64,000 bases of DNA, from assembly GCA_965222225.1 (NCBI GenBank), contig CBDCTK010000002.1, positions 1,024,001-1,088,000 of the forward strand. The letters run 5' to 3'. The position numbers and the translations under genes were made by a program. Shown in pieces: positions 52,600 to 64,000 of the stretch (the first letter of the stretch is position 1; each line of letters begins with the position of its first letter). The notes beneath the pieces were generated by a model that was not told the origin of the DNA, did not search any database, and saw only the letters and a program-made list of their open reading frames with translations. The DNA comes from Candidatus Poribacteria bacterium. GTDB taxonomy: Bacteria; Poribacteria; WGA-4E; JAJDTR01.

Positions 52600-55440
52600 T
52601 CATTGTTGAAGTTGCTGCACATGCCGTTCCGCATCTAATTTCCACTGTTCAGGCGGGCTTAACTCAAGAAAACGTCTCCATCGTCCCAAGGCTTGCTGTT
52701 TCTTTCCTGCATATTCATATGTCAATGCGAGATTGTAATTCGCTGTTAGATCTCTGGGATCGAGTTGCAACGCCAGTTCAAATTGCTCGGCAGCCGCCCC
52801 TAAACGATTTAGATTATAGAGCGCATTTCCATAGTTAAGAAGAGTTGGCACATGATTAGGCTCTAATTCGAGTGCCTTTTTAAATGCCACTTTCGCCCGC
52901 CCGAAGTCTAGTAGATATGCATTGTACAAGTCTCCGAGATGCTGGTAAACCCTTGCGGACTCCGGGTCAATTGCGACCTCTGCCTGATAGTATTCAATGG
53001 CTTCCTTGTATCTTTGTTCCCGCTCTGCTATCAGGCCAAGCTGAAAGTTTGCGTCCGTAAATTTTGAGTCCAGCATCAGTACTTTCTGGAAGGATTGTTT
53101 TCCTTTTTGCCACTCATCAAGATCCACTAACGTTAAACCAAGGTAGTGATGCGCATTAGGGTTTTGCGGCTGCAACTTAACTACATGTTGGAAATCCTGA
53201 GCGATTTCGCTGTTACGATATAGTTTATCACCAATCTGTTTGTATTTGCGAGCAATTAACCCACGGTAAAAGTATGCGTCGGTATAGTCAGGTTTGAGCG
53301 CGGCTGCCGCCGTATATTCTTGGACTGCCATCGCCGCGTACTGGTTATAATTCTCCAAAGTCTCTGCATGGCGGGTTAATAGACGTGCGTAGCGGAAATG
53401 CCATTCGTAATTTGTGTTGTCATATTGGTTTGCCAAACCGAAATGCTTGACGGACTTCTCATTTTCTTCCCGTTCCTCAAAAATGGCGGCAAGATGGTAC
53501 TGTACCTGAGGATGGTTAGGCTCAATTTCTAGTGCCGGTTCATAGACCCGTATCGCATTATCTTTGTCGCCCCGTTTGAGATAGATTGCACCAAGTCGAA
53601 AAAATGGAGCCGCATTCAGTGAATCTAGGGTGATTGCGCTCTCATATTTTTCCACGGCGTTGTCAATGTCACCTTTCTGTTCGTATAAGAGCCCCGCTTG
53701 ATAATGGGCGTCGACGTGGTTTGGGGCAAGGCGGGAAGTCGCCAGAAATGCGAGAAGAGCGTCTTCATGGAGATTATGCTCCAAATTAACAATGGCGGCG
53801 AGATAGTGCGTCTCGGCGTTCGTTGGATCGGTGTCAATTAGCTTCTGCAGCATTTTCAGCGCGTTCGGTAAATCACTCCGGTTACGGTAAATCTGCGCCG
53901 ATTGGAACATTGCCTCCGTGTGAGTGGGATCCAATTTGATTGTCTGTTGATAGAGTTTTAAAGCCTTATCCACATTTCCCAGAACTTCATAACTGCGTGC
54001 CAAAAGATGGCTAGCATCAGTGTTTCCTGGAAAGATTAGGAGGAACTTTGTCAGCGGTTCAATTACTTGATTGAACTCCGCTCGATCGAATGCCGACTTA
54101 CCCATCTCAAGGAAATGCTGCTCCAATTCCGGGTTTCGCGCAATAGCTTGTTCATAGGTGACCGCAGCTTTATCTAAAACTCCTAGCTGATAATAGAGAT
54201 TGCCGAGATTTAGATAGACATCTTGTAGCTTGCCCTTTCGGAGTTCAATTTCCAAATACCGTCTGTCTTCCTCAATGAGTGTGACAATCTTCTCATAATG
54301 TCTTATAGCAGATTCTATGTTGCCGGCCTCCGACTCAATCTGGGCGTAATAGAAATGTGCTCGCGGATCATTTGGGATAACTTTGAGAGATTTATCCAGA
54401 AGTGACTTTGCCTCATTTGCGAGCATTAACCCTCTGTGGTACGGTTCAAGTTTGTTAATGAAAAAATCCTTTAGTGTTGGATCGACTTGAATTGCTTGTC
54501 CATAATGTTCCAGTGCAAGATTGCTTTGACCGGTTTCGTAGTAGACCTCGCCCAATTGCACATGAGCCGGTGCGAATTCCGCGTTAACCTCAACCGCATT
54601 CTTGAGCAATCTGATTCCTTCCGATGTATTTTCTTGTTCCACAAAGATTACACCCAGTTCGTATAAAGTTTCTGCCGTAGCAGCTTCGTATTGAGATGCT
54701 TCATTATATTGCCCTAATGCCTCTTCAAAGAATCGTTTTTTGGCTAGTAGTTGTCCAAGCTTGAAACGAGCTGGGGCAAAATTCTTATCACGATCAATCG
54801 CTTCTTTGAATGCCTCCCATGCTTTGTTATCACGCCCTTTTACAAAATGGACCAGTCCTATTCCGTAGTAAGGGTATTTCCATTTCCTGTTTATCTTTTG
54901 CGCTGCCTGAAACGCTTCAAGTGCTTGTTCGTGCCTGTTGAACTTTAAATGGATTTCGCCTATTTTGTAGTAGGCCAAATAGAAATTGGGATTCACATGT
55001 ACACACGTTTTCATCGCTCCCAACGCCAACTCGTACGACTCCGTTTGCTGGTACACGCCGCCAAGACTGAAATGTGCCCAAGCCATCCCCGGATCAAGCG
55101 CGATTGACTGCTGAAATGCCTCCCGTGCCTTGCTTAACCCATCGCTCCCTCCCAGCACTGCATAAGCATAGCCTAACCCGTAATAGTATGGGGCATTATG
55201 ATGTCGATCGTCTTCATATAGGTCAATCAAATTAAGGAGACGTCCATTTTCTTGCCATTTTCTGACCAATTTCCGATGATGTTCTGCCACTTTCTTCTTC
55301 TCAAGGAGAACTTTGGTGTAATCGTTTCTCATATCTTGCGGCCAATTTTCAGCGGCGTTGTTCGACGCCAACGGCGCGACAAATGAATATGCAAGAACAA
55401 ACGAGGTTAGCAAAGTGAAAATTCGATCCAAGGATTTCAT
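52600..55440 (-). CDS. Large exported TPR-repeat protein (946 aa)
   Basis: N-terminal signal-like segment, then near-continuous A..LG..Y...G....A...Y..A..LDP repeats. Confidence 0.9.
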   Translation of the reverse strand: MKSLDRIFTLLTSFVLAYSFVAPLASNNAAENWPQDMRNDYTKVLLEKKKVAEHHRKLVRKWQENGRLLNLIDLYEDDRHHNAPYYYGLGYAYAVLGGSDGLSKAREAFQQSIALDPGMAWAHFSLGGVYQQTESYELALGAMKTCVHVNPNFYLAYYKIGEIHLKFNRHEQALEAFQAAQKINRKWKYPYYGIGLVHFVKGRDNKAWEAFKEAIDRDKNFAPARFKLGQLLAKKRFFEEALGQYNEASQYEAATAETLYELGVIFVEQENTSEGIRLLKNAVEVNAEFAPAHVQLGEVYYETGQSNLALEHYGQAIQVDPTLKDFFINKLEPYHRGLMLANEAKSLLDKSLKVIPNDPRAHFYYAQIESEAGNIESAIRHYEKIVTLIEEDRRYLEIELRKGKLQDVYLNLGNLYYQLGVLDKAAVTYEQAIARNPELEQHFLEMGKSAFDRAEFNQVIEPLTKFLLIFPGNTDASHLLARSYEVLGNVDKALKLYQQTIKLDPTHTEAMFQSAQIYRNRSDLPNALKMLQKLIDTDPTNAETHYLAAIVNLEHNLHEDALLAFLATSRLAPNHVDAHYQAGLLYEQKGDIDNAVEKYESAITLDSLNAAPFFRLGAIYLKRGDKDNAIRVYEPALEIEPNHPQVQYHLAAIFEEREENEKSVKHFGLANQYDNTNYEWHFRYARLLTRHAETLENYNQYAAMAVQEYTAAAALKPDYTDAYFYRGLIARKYKQIGDKLYRNSEIAQDFQHVVKLQPQNPNAHHYLGLTLVDLDEWQKGKQSFQKVLMLDSKFTDANFQLGLIAEREQRYKEAIEYYQAEVAIDPESARVYQHLGDLYNAYLLDFGRAKVAFKKALELEPNHVPTLLNYGNALYNLNRLGAAAEQFELALQLDPRDLTANYNLALTYEYAGKKQQALGRWRRFLELSPPEQWKLDAERHVQQLQQ

Positions 55441-55504
55441 CTTACGTCACTTAAGTTTGAACACGGCCCGCAAATGTACGCAAAGCATGTTTATTTTCTA
55501 ATGA

Positions 55505-56434
55505 TTAGTTAGAGACCAAGAAACCATGAACTTGTTCGGCTGTTGGCATTGATGGTGCAGCGCCAAGCACAGTCACCGCCAAGGCACCGGTTGCATTCGC
55601 AAAAGCCACTGCGTTCTCAATCTTCTCGCCACTCGCCAAGGCGGCGGCTAAGGCTCCACAGAATGCATCACCTGCGGCCGTTGTATCAACGACCTTGACA
55701 TTGTATGCGGGTACTAGTTGGCTTTGGTGACTAGTGAGAAGTAGAGCGCCTCGATTGCCCAGTGTCAAGACAATCGTCGAGATGCCTTTCTCAAACAGAA
55801 CTTGCGCCGCAAGACGTGCGCCCTCATCGTCAGCAACCGTGACTTTTGAGAGGAATTCCGTTTCTACTTCGTTTGGAATCAGAACATCTATTAACCTGAG
55901 GAAACTATCTGGTAGTTCGCACGCTGGAGCAGGGTTGAGGATGATTTCCACACCATTTTCCCTAGCGATTTCTGCTGCCCTTTTAGAAGACTTGATGGGA
56001 ACTTCTAGTTGTAGTAGAAGAGCATCAGCATCTGCGATTTTGCTTGACGCACGCTCAACGTCTTCCACGTCAAGGCACATATTGGCTCGGGGAACGATTA
56101 TAATACTGTTATCACCATCCGCATCAATGACAGGTGACGCGACACCCGTACCGACTGCCGCATCTCGGACTACGAAGCTAGTATCAATGTTTTCCCTCGC
56201 AAATTCAGAAAGAAATGTGTCGCCGAACAAATCTGTGCCCAAGCGCCCAATCATGGTTACATCCGCTCCCAACCTTGACGCGGCAATTGCTTGGTTGGCA
56301 CCCTTTCCTCCGATGAACATTCCAAACTCTTCGCCAATAAGCGTTTCCCCTTTTTGCGGCCTTCGTTCGGTCTTGATTACGAGGTCCATATTGAAACTGC
56401 CTACCACAACAACCTTCGGATTATCTTGATCCAT
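55505..56434 (-). CDS. rbsK: Ribokinase
   Basis: GSFNMD, GGKGANQA, NPAP, PNEVE, DTTAAGDAF; SD AGGAGG. Confidence 0.95.
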   Translation of the reverse strand: MDQDNPKVVVVGSFNMDLVIKTERRPQKGETLIGEEFGMFIGGKGANQAIAASRLGADVTMIGRLGTDLFGDTFLSEFARENIDTSFVVRDAAVGTGVASPVIDADGDNSIIIVPRANMCLDVEDVERASSKIADADALLLQLEVPIKSSKRAAEIARENGVEIILNPAPACELPDSFLRLIDVLIPNEVETEFLSKVTVADDEGARLAAQVLFEKGISTIVLTLGNRGALLLTSHQSQLVPAYNVKVVDTTAAGDAFCGALAAALASGEKIENAVAFANATGALAVTVLGAAPSMPTAEQVHGFLVSN

Positions 56435-56485
56435 CTTTGACCTCCTAGGACAGATGAAGCCGCAGCTTCTCGGCTAGTTCGGTAG

Positions 56486-56514
56486 ATTATAGTCTGACAG
56501 ATGCCGTTTGTCAA
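56486..56514 (-). promoter_or_regulatory. Consensus sigma70 promoter of rbsK
   Basis: Minus strand TTGACA-17-TATAAT, about 50 nt upstream of the ATG. Confidence 0.8.
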
Positions 56515-56837
56515 TTACGTTAGGTTTCGGTATTTTGCGGCATTTGTGCAAACTAGAATCAAGCAATGGAGCCATAACTAGTGGAAATCTGCACGAAAGA
56601 ACCTGAAACACAGCAATTGTTCCTCAATTATTTGAGATTTGAGGTCCCGTTAACTCGCATTGTGAATGAAGCAGGTATACCTTGAGGATAAAACACTTTA
56701 GAAGATTCGGATGGTAACCCAAATGATGATTTGTCTACCCAGAACCATGAATTAAACCGAATGTCCTAGCGTATGTGTCTCCCTGTTTCAGTCCTTTGAA
56801 TAAGGCGGGCGTAGGACTATCCAACCGAGTTGGAGGG

Positions 56838-57320
56838 TTAAGAGCTAGGCATCGTTGGAACTCCATTGGGGCCTACGAAGAACTCATTCATTTGGTCAAT
56901 GTATTTCTTTCCGTGTTTCAGGAGCGCACGGTTCATTTCGTAGAGTAGGGAATCTGATAGATCGTGGTAGGGATCAACAAGCTTTTTATAGCAATCAAGT
57001 GCACGTCGGAAAAAATCCAAAGTTTCGTCATCAATGGAACCACTTTGCCAGATGAGATAGAAAGAGCGGGATTTGTTGTGTGGAAGTTGTTCTCCTCTGC
57101 TTTCGATGAAAACGTGGTTTATATCAATCACTCGCTGTAGAATCATCGAAAAACAGCTTTTTACGAAGGAGTGCGTCAAACCATCTGCTGCAACATACTC
57201 GTGCTTGCTAGCGGGCAACACCTTTGCCAACTGTGTGAGACACTCCTGCATGGAAGCAAGCTTGCCTTTGACTGGGTTATATGAACTATTCGCCGAATTA
57301 CGATTGTCAACATGTGACAT
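56838..57320 (-). CDS. DUF86/HepT-like HEPN-domain protein with degenerate active site
   Basis: Helical pattern KL..M...L..L...LP, IDIN, P....SF..L...G.ID, LV..Y..L....LY aligns by eye with DUF86. Confidence 0.6.
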   Translation of the reverse strand: MSHVDNRNSANSSYNPVKGKLASMQECLTQLAKVLPASKHEYVAADGLTHSFVKSCFSMILQRVIDINHVFIESRGEQLPHNKSRSFYLIWQSGSIDDETLDFFRRALDCYKKLVDPYHDLSDSLLYEMNRALLKHGKKYIDQMNEFFVGPNGVPTMPSS

Positions 57321-57689
57321 TCTGAGTTCCCGCTTTCGATTGCTTTTTAGTTTTAATTACCTACTAGTAGTTTAACGATTCCCAAGGGTTTTTCGATTAC
57401 TCTTGGTGGAAAGAATTGACTCTCGCATTGCAGTCGTGCGTCGACAAACCTACGTTGGAAATGTAACAGCAAGTAGTTGCTACTCGAATGATCTTATTTG
57501 ATTCTTTCTCGCTGAATTTGAGCAACAGCTCTTGTCATAACTTCGCTTATTTGTGGCCTAAATTATCGCTGGCTCTTCAATAAATTTTCCCCAATTGCTC
57601 TCTCGCATCAGATTCGTGTGGGGAACGAACCGCGATTTCACATCATATAGTGGGGAAATAGCGGGGACATCGAATCAGAATAAATTTGC

Positions 57690-57718
57690 TTGACACGTCG
57701 CCGAATTTGATGTATCCT
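57690..57718 (+). promoter_or_regulatory. Candidate sigma70 promoter for gltBD
   Basis: TTGACA-17-TATCCT, about 410 nt upstream of gltB. Confidence 0.5.
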
Positions 57719-58130
57719 TTTATGGAATTTTATAGCGATTCCGCCTCTATCCAGAAGAACATGGCACATCACCACAGGATGTCCCCTTTCTTCCAGCCTT
57801 CGTTTCGTCCAACCATTGAAGCATATCAACGCTGATCTGCGGAATAATGCATATTTCCCCCGTACGTCTAGGGATTAGGCATACTGTAGGATAAGTGATC
57901 TTAGTTGATTACAGAGGCGCTGTTCGGGGGTGGCGCATTTTCCCAATTGAAGATCGCGGCCGGCGAAGGAGAGCAGGTGCTAATCGAACCCGAAGAGTTT
58001 TATGATGGGCAAATTAACTATTTTGCCTACTGAATGGCAGTGCTATACGGCTTCCAAAGTTATCAAATACAGCAGTTCTGCTTCTTGTATCGGCCAAATT
58101 ACCAAGCCGGAACCCGTTTGAGGAAGTGCA

Positions 58131-61100
58131 ATGCAAACATTTACATACCCGCCAAAGCATGGTTTATATGATCCTGCCTTCGAGCATGACAGCTGTGGTG
58201 TAGGGTTTATTGCAAACATTAAAGGGATACGCTCGCATCAGATTATCGTTGACGCCGAGAAGATTCTGTGCCACATGGATCACCGTGGCGCACGTGGTGC
58301 GGAAGCGAACACCGGTGATGGTGCTGGTATGCTTACAGCGTTACCTTATGAATTTCTGAAGCGAGTTGCAGCCGAAGACTTAAACGCAAACCTTCCAGAT
58401 TTGGGTAGATTTGCGGCGGGACTGGTCTTTTTGCCAACCGATGAAATAGAACGGCAAGTTTGCAAGGCAACCGTGGAAAAGATTATCTCTGAACAGGGAC
58501 AGTACCTCATTGGATGGCGAAGTGTTCCGGTGAACTCGGAGGAAGCCGACATTGGTCCGTCAGCCCGTTCCGTGGAACCGGTCATTGAACAGTTATTTAT
58601 CGGTGCAGCTGATCATCTAGATGCTGAAGTTTTTGAACGCCAGCTTTATGTGATTCGTAAACGTGCAAGCCATCAACTGCGCATCAACAGCAACCTGCGG
58701 CAGGCAAAGATGTTCTACGTTTGCAGTTTGTCGAAGAATGTTATCGTTTACAAGGGCCAGATGTTTTCCAGCCAGTTGATGGTCTACTATCCCGATTTGA
58801 CTGCGTCAGATTACAAGTCTCACCTCGCCATGGTCCACTCACGATTTTCGACGAATACCTTTCCTTCGTGGGATCGTGCACAGCCAAATCGTTTTATGTG
58901 CCATAACGGAGAAATTAACACCTTACGAGGCAATACCAACTGGATGAACGCTCGGCAAGGCGTAATGCGAAGTTCCCTGTTTGGAAATGACTTGCGGAAA
59001 TTGTTTCCAATTATAGAACCCGATTGCTCGGACTCTGGAAATTTTGATAACGCCTTGGAGTTACTGCTGATGGCAGGACGTTCATTACCTGAATCGATAG
59101 TAATGATGATTCCGGAAGCGTGGGAAAATCATGAATCAATCTCGCGTGCCAAACGGGATTTTTATGAATATCATTCCTGTCTACAGGAGCCTTGGGATGG
59201 TCCTGCGTCAATCGCGTTCACCGATGGAAAACATATTGGTGCAGTGTTAGACCGAAATGGCTTGCGGCCGAGTCGATACTATGTTACTCACGACGATCGG
59301 GTGATCATGGCTAGCGAAGTTGGGGTGTTACCTTTACCGGCCGAACAGGTGAAGGTTAAGGGGCGGCTACAACCCGGTAGGATGTTCTTGGTCGATTTTG
59401 AACAGGGACGTTTAGTGCCAGATGATGAGCTAAAGCGCGAAATCGCCACGTTTAATCCTTACGGCAAATGGCTGGAGAAACAACGCATTGAGCTGAGCGA
59501 ACTTCCCGACCAGCAAACTGCAGAATGCTACGATATAGACACATTGTTGGTGCAGATGCAAGCGTTCGGCTACACCGTCGAAACGTTGGAATTCATGCTT
59601 ACAGGCATTGTAGAGGCAAAAAAAGATCCGGTCGGGTCGATGGGTAACGATGCGGCGCTAGCATGTCTGTCGGACACTCCGCGGCTGCTTTATGACTACT
59701 TTAAGCAACTGTTTGCGCAGGTGACGAATCCCGCTATCGATTCCATTCGAGAAGAAATCATCATGACGCTCGAATGTTTCGTCGGTCCCGAAGGAAATTT
59801 ATTGGATACGACGGAAACACAGTGTAGCCGCTTGCATATACCACAGCCAATTCTGACAAATGAGCAACTCGCCGCGATTAAGTATCTGAACTACCGGGGG
59901 TGGCGGTCAAAAGTTATTGATATTACCTATCCGAAATCCGATGGAGTAACCGGACTGGAAGCTGCATTGGAGCGTGTTTGTGACGAAGCCGTGATGGCAA
60001 TTGAAGACGGCAATCTGTTAATTGTTCTTTCTGACCGCAATGTCACGTCAGACCGGGTAGCAATTAGTTCTCTCCTTGCTACGGGAGCGGTACATCATCG
60101 TCTAGTGCGAACGGAGAAACGCACTCGTATCGGAATTGTGGTAGAAAGCGGTGAAGCTCGCGAAGTTCATCACTTCTGTTTGCTCGTCGGTTATGGTGCG
60201 GACGCAGTTAATCCGTATATCGCCTTTGAGACGTTATCCCAATTAGGACGAGATGGAGTATTCGACAGTAACTCCACGGATGAAGAGATACGCACGTCCT
60301 ATATTACGGGTGTGTGCAAAGGGATGTTGAAAGTGATGTCCAAGATGGGTATTTCAACATTGGCAAGCTACAAGGGTGCGCAAGTGTTTGAAGCTGTTGG
60401 ACTGAATGATGAGGTAATCGAGCATTGTTTCGCGGGAACCGCCAGTCGCATCCAAGGCATTGGCTTTGATGTGCTTGCCTTAGAATCGCTGCGTCGGCAT
60501 GAACTGGGCTATCCGACGCGCGAAACTGTTCATCTATCTGTGTTGCCCAACGACGGACAATTTCACTGGCGCAGTGGCGGCGAGCAGCACTTATACAACC
60601 CGGAAACCATCATGGATCTGCAAGTTGCTGCACGAACGGATAGTGTCGCCGCCTACGAAAGATTTGCGGATTTTATTAACGACTACAATCGTAATAGATG
60701 TACATTGCGCGGCCTTCTCACATTCAGAGAAGGAACACCAATTCCGTTAGAAGAAGTTGAGTCCGCGAAGGAGATTGTTAGACGTTTCTGCACCGGTGCC
60801 ATGAGTTTTGGCTCAATTTCAAGAGAGACACACGAAACCCTAGCGATTGCGATGAATCGCCTAGGTGGCAAGTCTAACACGGGCGAAGGTGGCGAGGACT
60901 ATGAGCGATTTAATCCATTGCCAAATGGTGACAGCAAGCGATCTGCTATTAAGCAGGTAGCGTCGGGGCGGTTCGGCGTAACTTCGTGGTATTTGACTAA
61001 TGCTAACCAGCTTCAAATTAAGATTGCTCAAGGCGCAAAACCTGGAGAAGGTGGCGAGTTGCCGGGCCACAAGGTCAGCGAGGAAATCGCAGCAACACGA

Positions 61101-62675
61101 CATACCACTCCCGGTGTTGGACTCATTAGTCCACCGCCACATCACGACATCTACTCTATTGAAGATCTGGCGCAGCTTATCCACGACTTGAAGAACGCTA
61201 ATCCATCAGCGCGGATTAGCGTCAAATTGGTTTCCGAGGTCGGCGTCGGAACAATTGCCGCGGGTGTCGCCAAGGGACACGCTGACCATATTCTAATCTC
61301 CGGTCATGAAGGAGGCACCGGGGCCTCACCATGGACATCAATTATGCACGCAGGGTTACCGTGGGAATTAGGGATTGCTGAAACACACCAGACATTGGTG
61401 TTGAACGATTTGCGGTCCCGCGTGCGTCTGGAAACGGACGGCAAGTTGATGACAGGGCGCGATGTTGTCATTGCAGCCCTTCTGGGTGCTGAAGAATTTG
61501 GCTTTGCAACAGCACCATTGATTACGCTGGGTTGTATCATGATGCGGAAGTGCCATTTAAACACTTGCCCAGTGGGGGTTGCAACACAAGATCCGGTACT
61601 TAGAGCGAAATTCACCGGCAAACCGGAACATGTTGTTAACTATTTCTTCATGGTTGCTGAGGATGTACGAAAAATCATGGCTGAACTTGGATTCCGAACA
61701 ATTGATGAATTAGTCGGTCGTGTTGATATGCTTGAGGCCGACAAGGCGATTGCACACTGGAAGGCTAGGGATTTAGACCTGACAAGCATTCTTACACCTG
61801 CAAAGAAACTTCATCCGGGCGTTGAAGTCTACTGCACCATTAAGCAAGACCACGGTTTAGAACACGCGTTGGACAATGAACTGATTCGTTTGGCTAGACC
61901 TGCCTTGACGCGCGGTGAGAAGGTTGTCATTGATTTGCCTGTACAGAACACAAATCGGGTTATTGGCACAATGCTTAGCCACGAAGTATCAAAGGCATAC
62001 GGTTTTGAAGGGCTACCCGAAGATACAATCCACATTGAGCTCAACGGATCCGCAGGGCAAAGCCTAGCGGCTTGGCTAGTTCCCGGCGTCAGCATTGAGT
62101 TGGAAGGCGATGCAAACGACTACACAGGAAAAGGACTGTCCGGCGGCAAACTAATTGTATACCCGCCTAAACACTCAACCTTCAAGCCTGAAGATAACAT
62201 CATCATCGGAAATGTTGCACTATACGGTGCCATTTCAGGTCAAGCATTTTTTCGAGGCATGGCGGCAGAGCGGTTTGCTGTTCGCAATTCTGGTGTACAC
62301 GCGGTTATTGAGGGGGTCGGAGACCATGGCTGTGAGTACATGACTGGCGGACGTGTGGTTGTTTTGGGGCTGACCGGGCGAAACTTCGCTGCAGGAATGT
62401 CTGGAGGCATTGCGTACGTCTGGGATGTTGATGGTAAATTTGCCACGCGATGCAACCTCGGTATGGTTGAATTGGAGAAGATAGAATCTGATGAGGAAAG
62501 CACCGAAGTGCGAAATCTGATTGAACTCCATTGTCGCTATACGGGGTCAAGCGTTGCAAAGCGAATCCTTGACGACTACGAAAATTACATACCGGATCAA
62601 TTCGTGAAGGTCATGCCAACCGATTACAAACGAGTATTTCAGGCGCAGATGCAAGGGCACCCAAAAACGGCTTAG
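58131..62675 (+). CDS. gltB: Glutamate synthase large subunit
   Basis: [48 protein letters not shown]. Confidence 0.99.
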   Translation: MQTFTYPPKHGLYDPAFEHDSCGVGFIANIKGIRSHQIIVDAEKILCHMDHRGARGAEANTGDGAGMLTALPYEFLKRVAAEDLNANLPDLGRFAAGLVFLPTDEIERQVCKATVEKIISEQGQYLIGWRSVPVNSEEADIGPSARSVEPVIEQLFIGAADHLDAEVFERQLYVIRKRASHQLRINSNLRQAKMFYVCSLSKNVIVYKGQMFSSQLMVYYPDLTASDYKSHLAMVHSRFSTNTFPSWDRAQPNRFMCHNGEINTLRGNTNWMNARQGVMRSSLFGNDLRKLFPIIEPDCSDSGNFDNALELLLMAGRSLPESIVMMIPEAWENHESISRAKRDFYEYHSCLQEPWDGPASIAFTDGKHIGAVLDRNGLRPSRYYVTHDDRVIMASEVGVLPLPAEQVKVKGRLQPGRMFLVDFEQGRLVPDDELKREIATFNPYGKWLEKQRIELSELPDQQTAECYDIDTLLVQMQAFGYTVETLEFMLTGIVEAKKDPVGSMGNDAALACLSDTPRLLYDYFKQLFAQVTNPAIDSIREEIIMTLECFVGPEGNLLDTTETQCSRLHIPQPILTNEQLAAIKYLNYRGWRSKVIDITYPKSDGVTGLEAALERVCDEAVMAIEDGNLLIVLSDRNVTSDRVAISSLLATGAVHHRLVRTEKRTRIGIVVESGEAREVHHFCLLVGYGADAVNPYIAFETLSQLGRDGVFDSNSTDEEIRTSYITGVCKGMLKVMSKMGISTLASYKGAQVFEAVGLNDEVIEHCFAGTASRIQGIGFDVLALESLRRHELGYPTRETVHLSVLPNDGQFHWRSGGEQHLYNPETIMDLQVAARTDSVAAYERFADFINDYNRNRCTLRGLLTFREGTPIPLEEVESAKEIVRRFCTGAMSFGSISRETHETLAIAMNRLGGKSNTGEGGEDYERFNPLPNGDSKRSAIKQVASGRFGVTSWYLTNANQLQIKIAQGAKPGEGGELPGHKVSEEIAATRHTTPGVGLISPPPHHDIYSIEDLAQLIHDLKNANPSARISVKLVSEVGVGTIAAGVAKGHADHILISGHEGGTGASPWTSIMHAGLPWELGIAETHQTLVLNDLRSRVRLETDGKLMTGRDVVIAALLGAEEFGFATAPLITLGCIMMRKCHLNTCPVGVATQDPVLRAKFTGKPEHVVNYFFMVAEDVRKIMAELGFRTIDELVGRVDMLEADKAIAHWKARDLDLTSILTPAKKLHPGVEVYCTIKQDHGLEHALDNELIRLARPALTRGEKVVIDLPVQNTNRVIGTMLSHEVSKAYGFEGLPEDTIHIELNGSAGQSLAAWLVPGVSIELEGDANDYTGKGLSGGKLIVYPPKHSTFKPEDNIIIGNVALYGAISGQAFFRGMAAERFAVRNSGVHAVIEGVGDHGCEYMTGGRVVVLGLTGRNFAAGMSGGIAYVWDVDGKFATRCNLGMVELEKIESDEESTEVRNLIELHCRYTGSSVAKRILDDYENYIPDQFVKVMPTDYKRVFQAQMQGHPKTA

Positions 62676-62724
62676 ATTTTCTGCTAAATCTCGCAAGTCG
62701 GGCTAGAATTGAGGAAGTCAATAT

Positions 62725-64000
62725 ATGGGTAAAGCGACAGGATTCATCGAATACAGCCGAAAACAAAGTCACGATCGACCACCGGAAGAACGCATCAAAG
62801 ACTTCAATCTTTTTCATCTTACACTTGATGAGGAAGAACGCAGAATTCAGGGAGCACGTTGCATGGACTGTGGCATCCCTTTTTGCCAGTCTGCCACAGG
62901 GTGTCCAATCGACAACTTGATACCAGAATGGAACGATTTAATCTATCGCGGGATGTGGAAGGAAGCTTCAGACCGGCTCCATAAGACAAACAACTTCCCT
63001 GAATTCACAGGGCTAACGTGCCCGGCGCCGTGCGAAGGATCCTGTTGTCTAGGTATAATCGATCCGGCAGTAACAATTAAAGACAATGAATATGCAATCG
63101 TCAACCGTGGTTTTGAGGAAGGTTGGATTAAACCCACTCCCCCTCAGACACGGACGGGAAAAACAGTTGCCATCATCGGGTCAGGACCAGCCGGACTTGC
63201 GGCTAGCGATCAATTAAACAAAGTCGGTCACAAGGTAACCGTGTACGAACGAGCCGACCGCATCGGTGGTCTGTTGATGTATGGGATTCCCAACATGAAA
63301 CTGGATAAACGTATCGTGCAACGTCGACTTGACATTATGGCAAAGGAAGGTGTTGAGTTTGTTACCAACGCTAATATAGGAGTTAATGTCGACATAGATA
63401 CTTTCCGCCAAGAGTTCGACGCGATTGTGCTTGCCTGCGGTGCAACCCACCCACGTAATTTGCCGGTTCCCGGGCGAGAACTTGAGGGAATCCATTTCGC
63501 AGTTAAATTCTTACACCAAAACACTAAGAGTCTATTGGATTCCAACTTTGAAGATAGACAATTCATTTCTGCCAAGGATAAGCACGTGATCGTGATTGGT
63601 GGCGGGGACACTGGCAACGACTGTCTCGGTACATCAATGCGGCACGGCTGTGGGAGCCTGACCAACTTCGAGATACTTCCCGAGCCTCCTGTCGAGCGTG
63701 CCCCTAACAACCCTTGGCCAGAGTATCCACGAATCTACCGTGTAGATTATGGACATGAGGAAGCGGCTCACGTATTTGGTAAAGACCCACGTGAATTCTG
63801 CATAGTGACCAAAGAGTTTGTCGGGGACGGAAGCGGCCGTGTCAAAATCGCCCATACGGTACGCATTGAATGGACAAAGGATGCCGCAGGTAAATTTCAG
63901 ATGAAAGAGATTCCCGGAAGCGAAGAGGAATGGCCCGCCGACCTTGTATTCCTCGCAATGGGTTTCCTTGGTCCGGACGAAACGCTTGTCAAGCAATTTG
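62725..64000 (+). CDS. gltD: Glutamate synthase small subunit (3'-truncated by window edge)
   Basis: Manual translation [55 protein letters not shown]. Confidence 0.97.
   Translation, partial: MGKATGFIEYSRKQSHDRPPEERIKDFNLFHLTLDEEERRIQGARCMDCGIPFCQSATGCPIDNLIPEWNDLIYRGMWKEASDRLHKTNNFPEFTGLTCPAPCEGSCCLGIIDPAVTIKDNEYAIVNRGFEEGWIKPTPPQTRTGKTVAIIGSGPAGLAASDQLNKVGHKVTVYERADRIGGLLMYGIPNMKLDKRIVQRRLDIMAKEGVEFVTNANIGVNVDIDTFRQEFDAIVLACGATHPRNLPVPGRELEGIHFAVKFLHQNTKSLLDSNFEDRQFISAKDKHVIVIGGGDTGNDCLGTSMRHGCGSLTNFEILPEPPVERAPNNPWPEYPRIYRVDYGHEEAAHVFGKDPREFCIVTKEFVGDGSGRVKIAHTVRIEWTKDAAGKFQMKEIPGSEEEWPADLVFLAMGFLGPDETLVKQF

Noticed and set aside
55734-56429. 231-aa ORF antisense to rbsK, and many similar shadow ORFs over r-protein genes, tuf and gltBD
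   Set aside because: They fully overlap well-supported genes on the other strand or frame and have no motifs.
57719-58130. Glutamine (glnA) riboswitch before gltB
   Set aside because: The CGUUCA...GGAAG...GAAGGAACG pattern was not found.
1-64000. CRISPR arrays, tRNA, rRNA, prophage or defence islands
   Set aside because: No regularly spaced repeats, cloverleafs, or phage, cas or restriction genes were recognised by eye; a dedicated scan was not possible.

Overview
Bacterial chromosome segment from a diderm; it encodes a beta-barrel outer membrane protein and lipoproteins. The repeated PhyH dioxygenases, a BMC vertex gene, large TPR and vWA proteins and sugar-phosphate isomerases suggest Ca. 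Poribacteria or a similar lineage (inference only). From left to right: 5'-truncated glnE, a PhyH-HEAT fusion, hisF, a minus-strand envelope cluster, a lipoprotein plus FadL-like barrel pair, and the str-S10-spc-alpha ribosomal superoperon (10547-29470, minus strand), which lacks rpmD, adk, map and infA at their usual positions. Next come a candidate sRNA, an intact 800-bp IS1-family element with a 9-bp target-site duplication, and a minus-strand run eutN/ccmL - sensor kinase - degenerate sigma54-type regulator - ygfA - two sugar-phosphate isomerases - PhyH. The rest holds an orphan vWA protein, PhyH, amidase, MDR dehydrogenase, murJ, DUF2203, an rbsK-TPR-birA-TRAP-thiE-thiD run, a degenerate HEPN gene, gltB and 3'-truncated gltD. 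Best leads: (1) a BMC vertex gene heading an operon with a GGxxNPF (RegB-type) kinase and a regulator with degenerate GAFTGA and Walker B motifs; (2) uS12 with DLSNVRY in place of the near-universal DLPGVRY; (3) a ~140-nt unit with a perfect promoter and a terminator upstream of rpsL; (4) an orphan, apparently inactive HEPN protein. No tRNA, rRNA or CRISPR array was seen. All calls rest on motif recognition by eye; no searches were run.
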